A stretch of 60,243 nt of DNA, filler included, from Circinaria calcarea (Eukaryota): the NCBI GenBank assembly GCA_051942165.1. It is 13 parts of 13 records of this genome, joined end to end, with 100 filler letters (N's around TTAATTAATTAA, not from the genome) between each part and the next. Parts side by side here need not be neighbours in the genome. Positions count along the whole stretch, not along the records: positions 55,713 to 60,243 come from JAVECS010002289.1; 12 more parts are not named here. One strand, written 5' to 3'. Position 1 is the stretch's first letter. Each line of letters starts with the position of its first letter. The translations under genes were made by a program, and so were the position numbers. Below, piece after piece: positions 60,222-60,243 of this stretch. Below the pieces are notes generated by a model. It was not told the origin of the DNA. It made no database searches and saw nothing but the letters and a program-made list of their open reading frames with translations.

Positions 60222-60243
60222 CCTGAATCGTAGAAACTCCTTT
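60192..60243. repeat. perfect 52-bp palindrome at the window/contig end (probable fold-back artefact)
   Basis: AAAGGAGTTTCTACGATTCAGGGAAA|TTTCCCTGAATCGTAGAAACTCCTTT. Confidence 0.92.

Noticed and set aside
1..60243. tRNA, rRNA and snRNA genes
   Set aside because: No cloverleaf/T-loop consensus or rRNA/snRNA signature was recognised by eye; tRNAscan-SE and Infernal would be needed to exclude them.

Overview
This window is not one locus. It is 13 unrelated contigs of 4.53-4.56 kb in descending length order, joined by identical artificial 100-bp spacers (44 N + TTAATTAATTAA + 44 N), so gene neighbourhoods mean something only within a contig. The DNA is from a filamentous ascomycete (Pezizomycotina): short GT-AG introns with CTRAY-type branch points and typical genes. 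Recognisable genes are an AtrR-type Zn2Cys6 factor, COX10, PMR1, RAD21/SCC1, a Rho-GEF CNH domain, SOD1, SND1, MedA, a fructosamine kinase, OST3/6 and MRM2; several are cut by contig ends. Accessory content is four disrupted genes (APC permease, DUF6536 membrane protein, cytochrome P450, MFS transporter), a HET-domain ORF fused to an AT-rich RIP-like repeat, two MITE-like inverted-repeat elements and several orphan ORFs. No tRNA, rRNA or CRISPR array was seen, and I found no convincing new multi-gene system. The best leads are a coiled-coil protein with the motif order of monopolin Mde4/Lrs4, a possibly structured long first intron of SOD1, an apparently catalytically dead PD-(D/E)xK-like protein, an N-terminal extension upstream of the MedA AUG, and the MITEs. 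Family calls come from motifs and recalled sequences; no searches were run.
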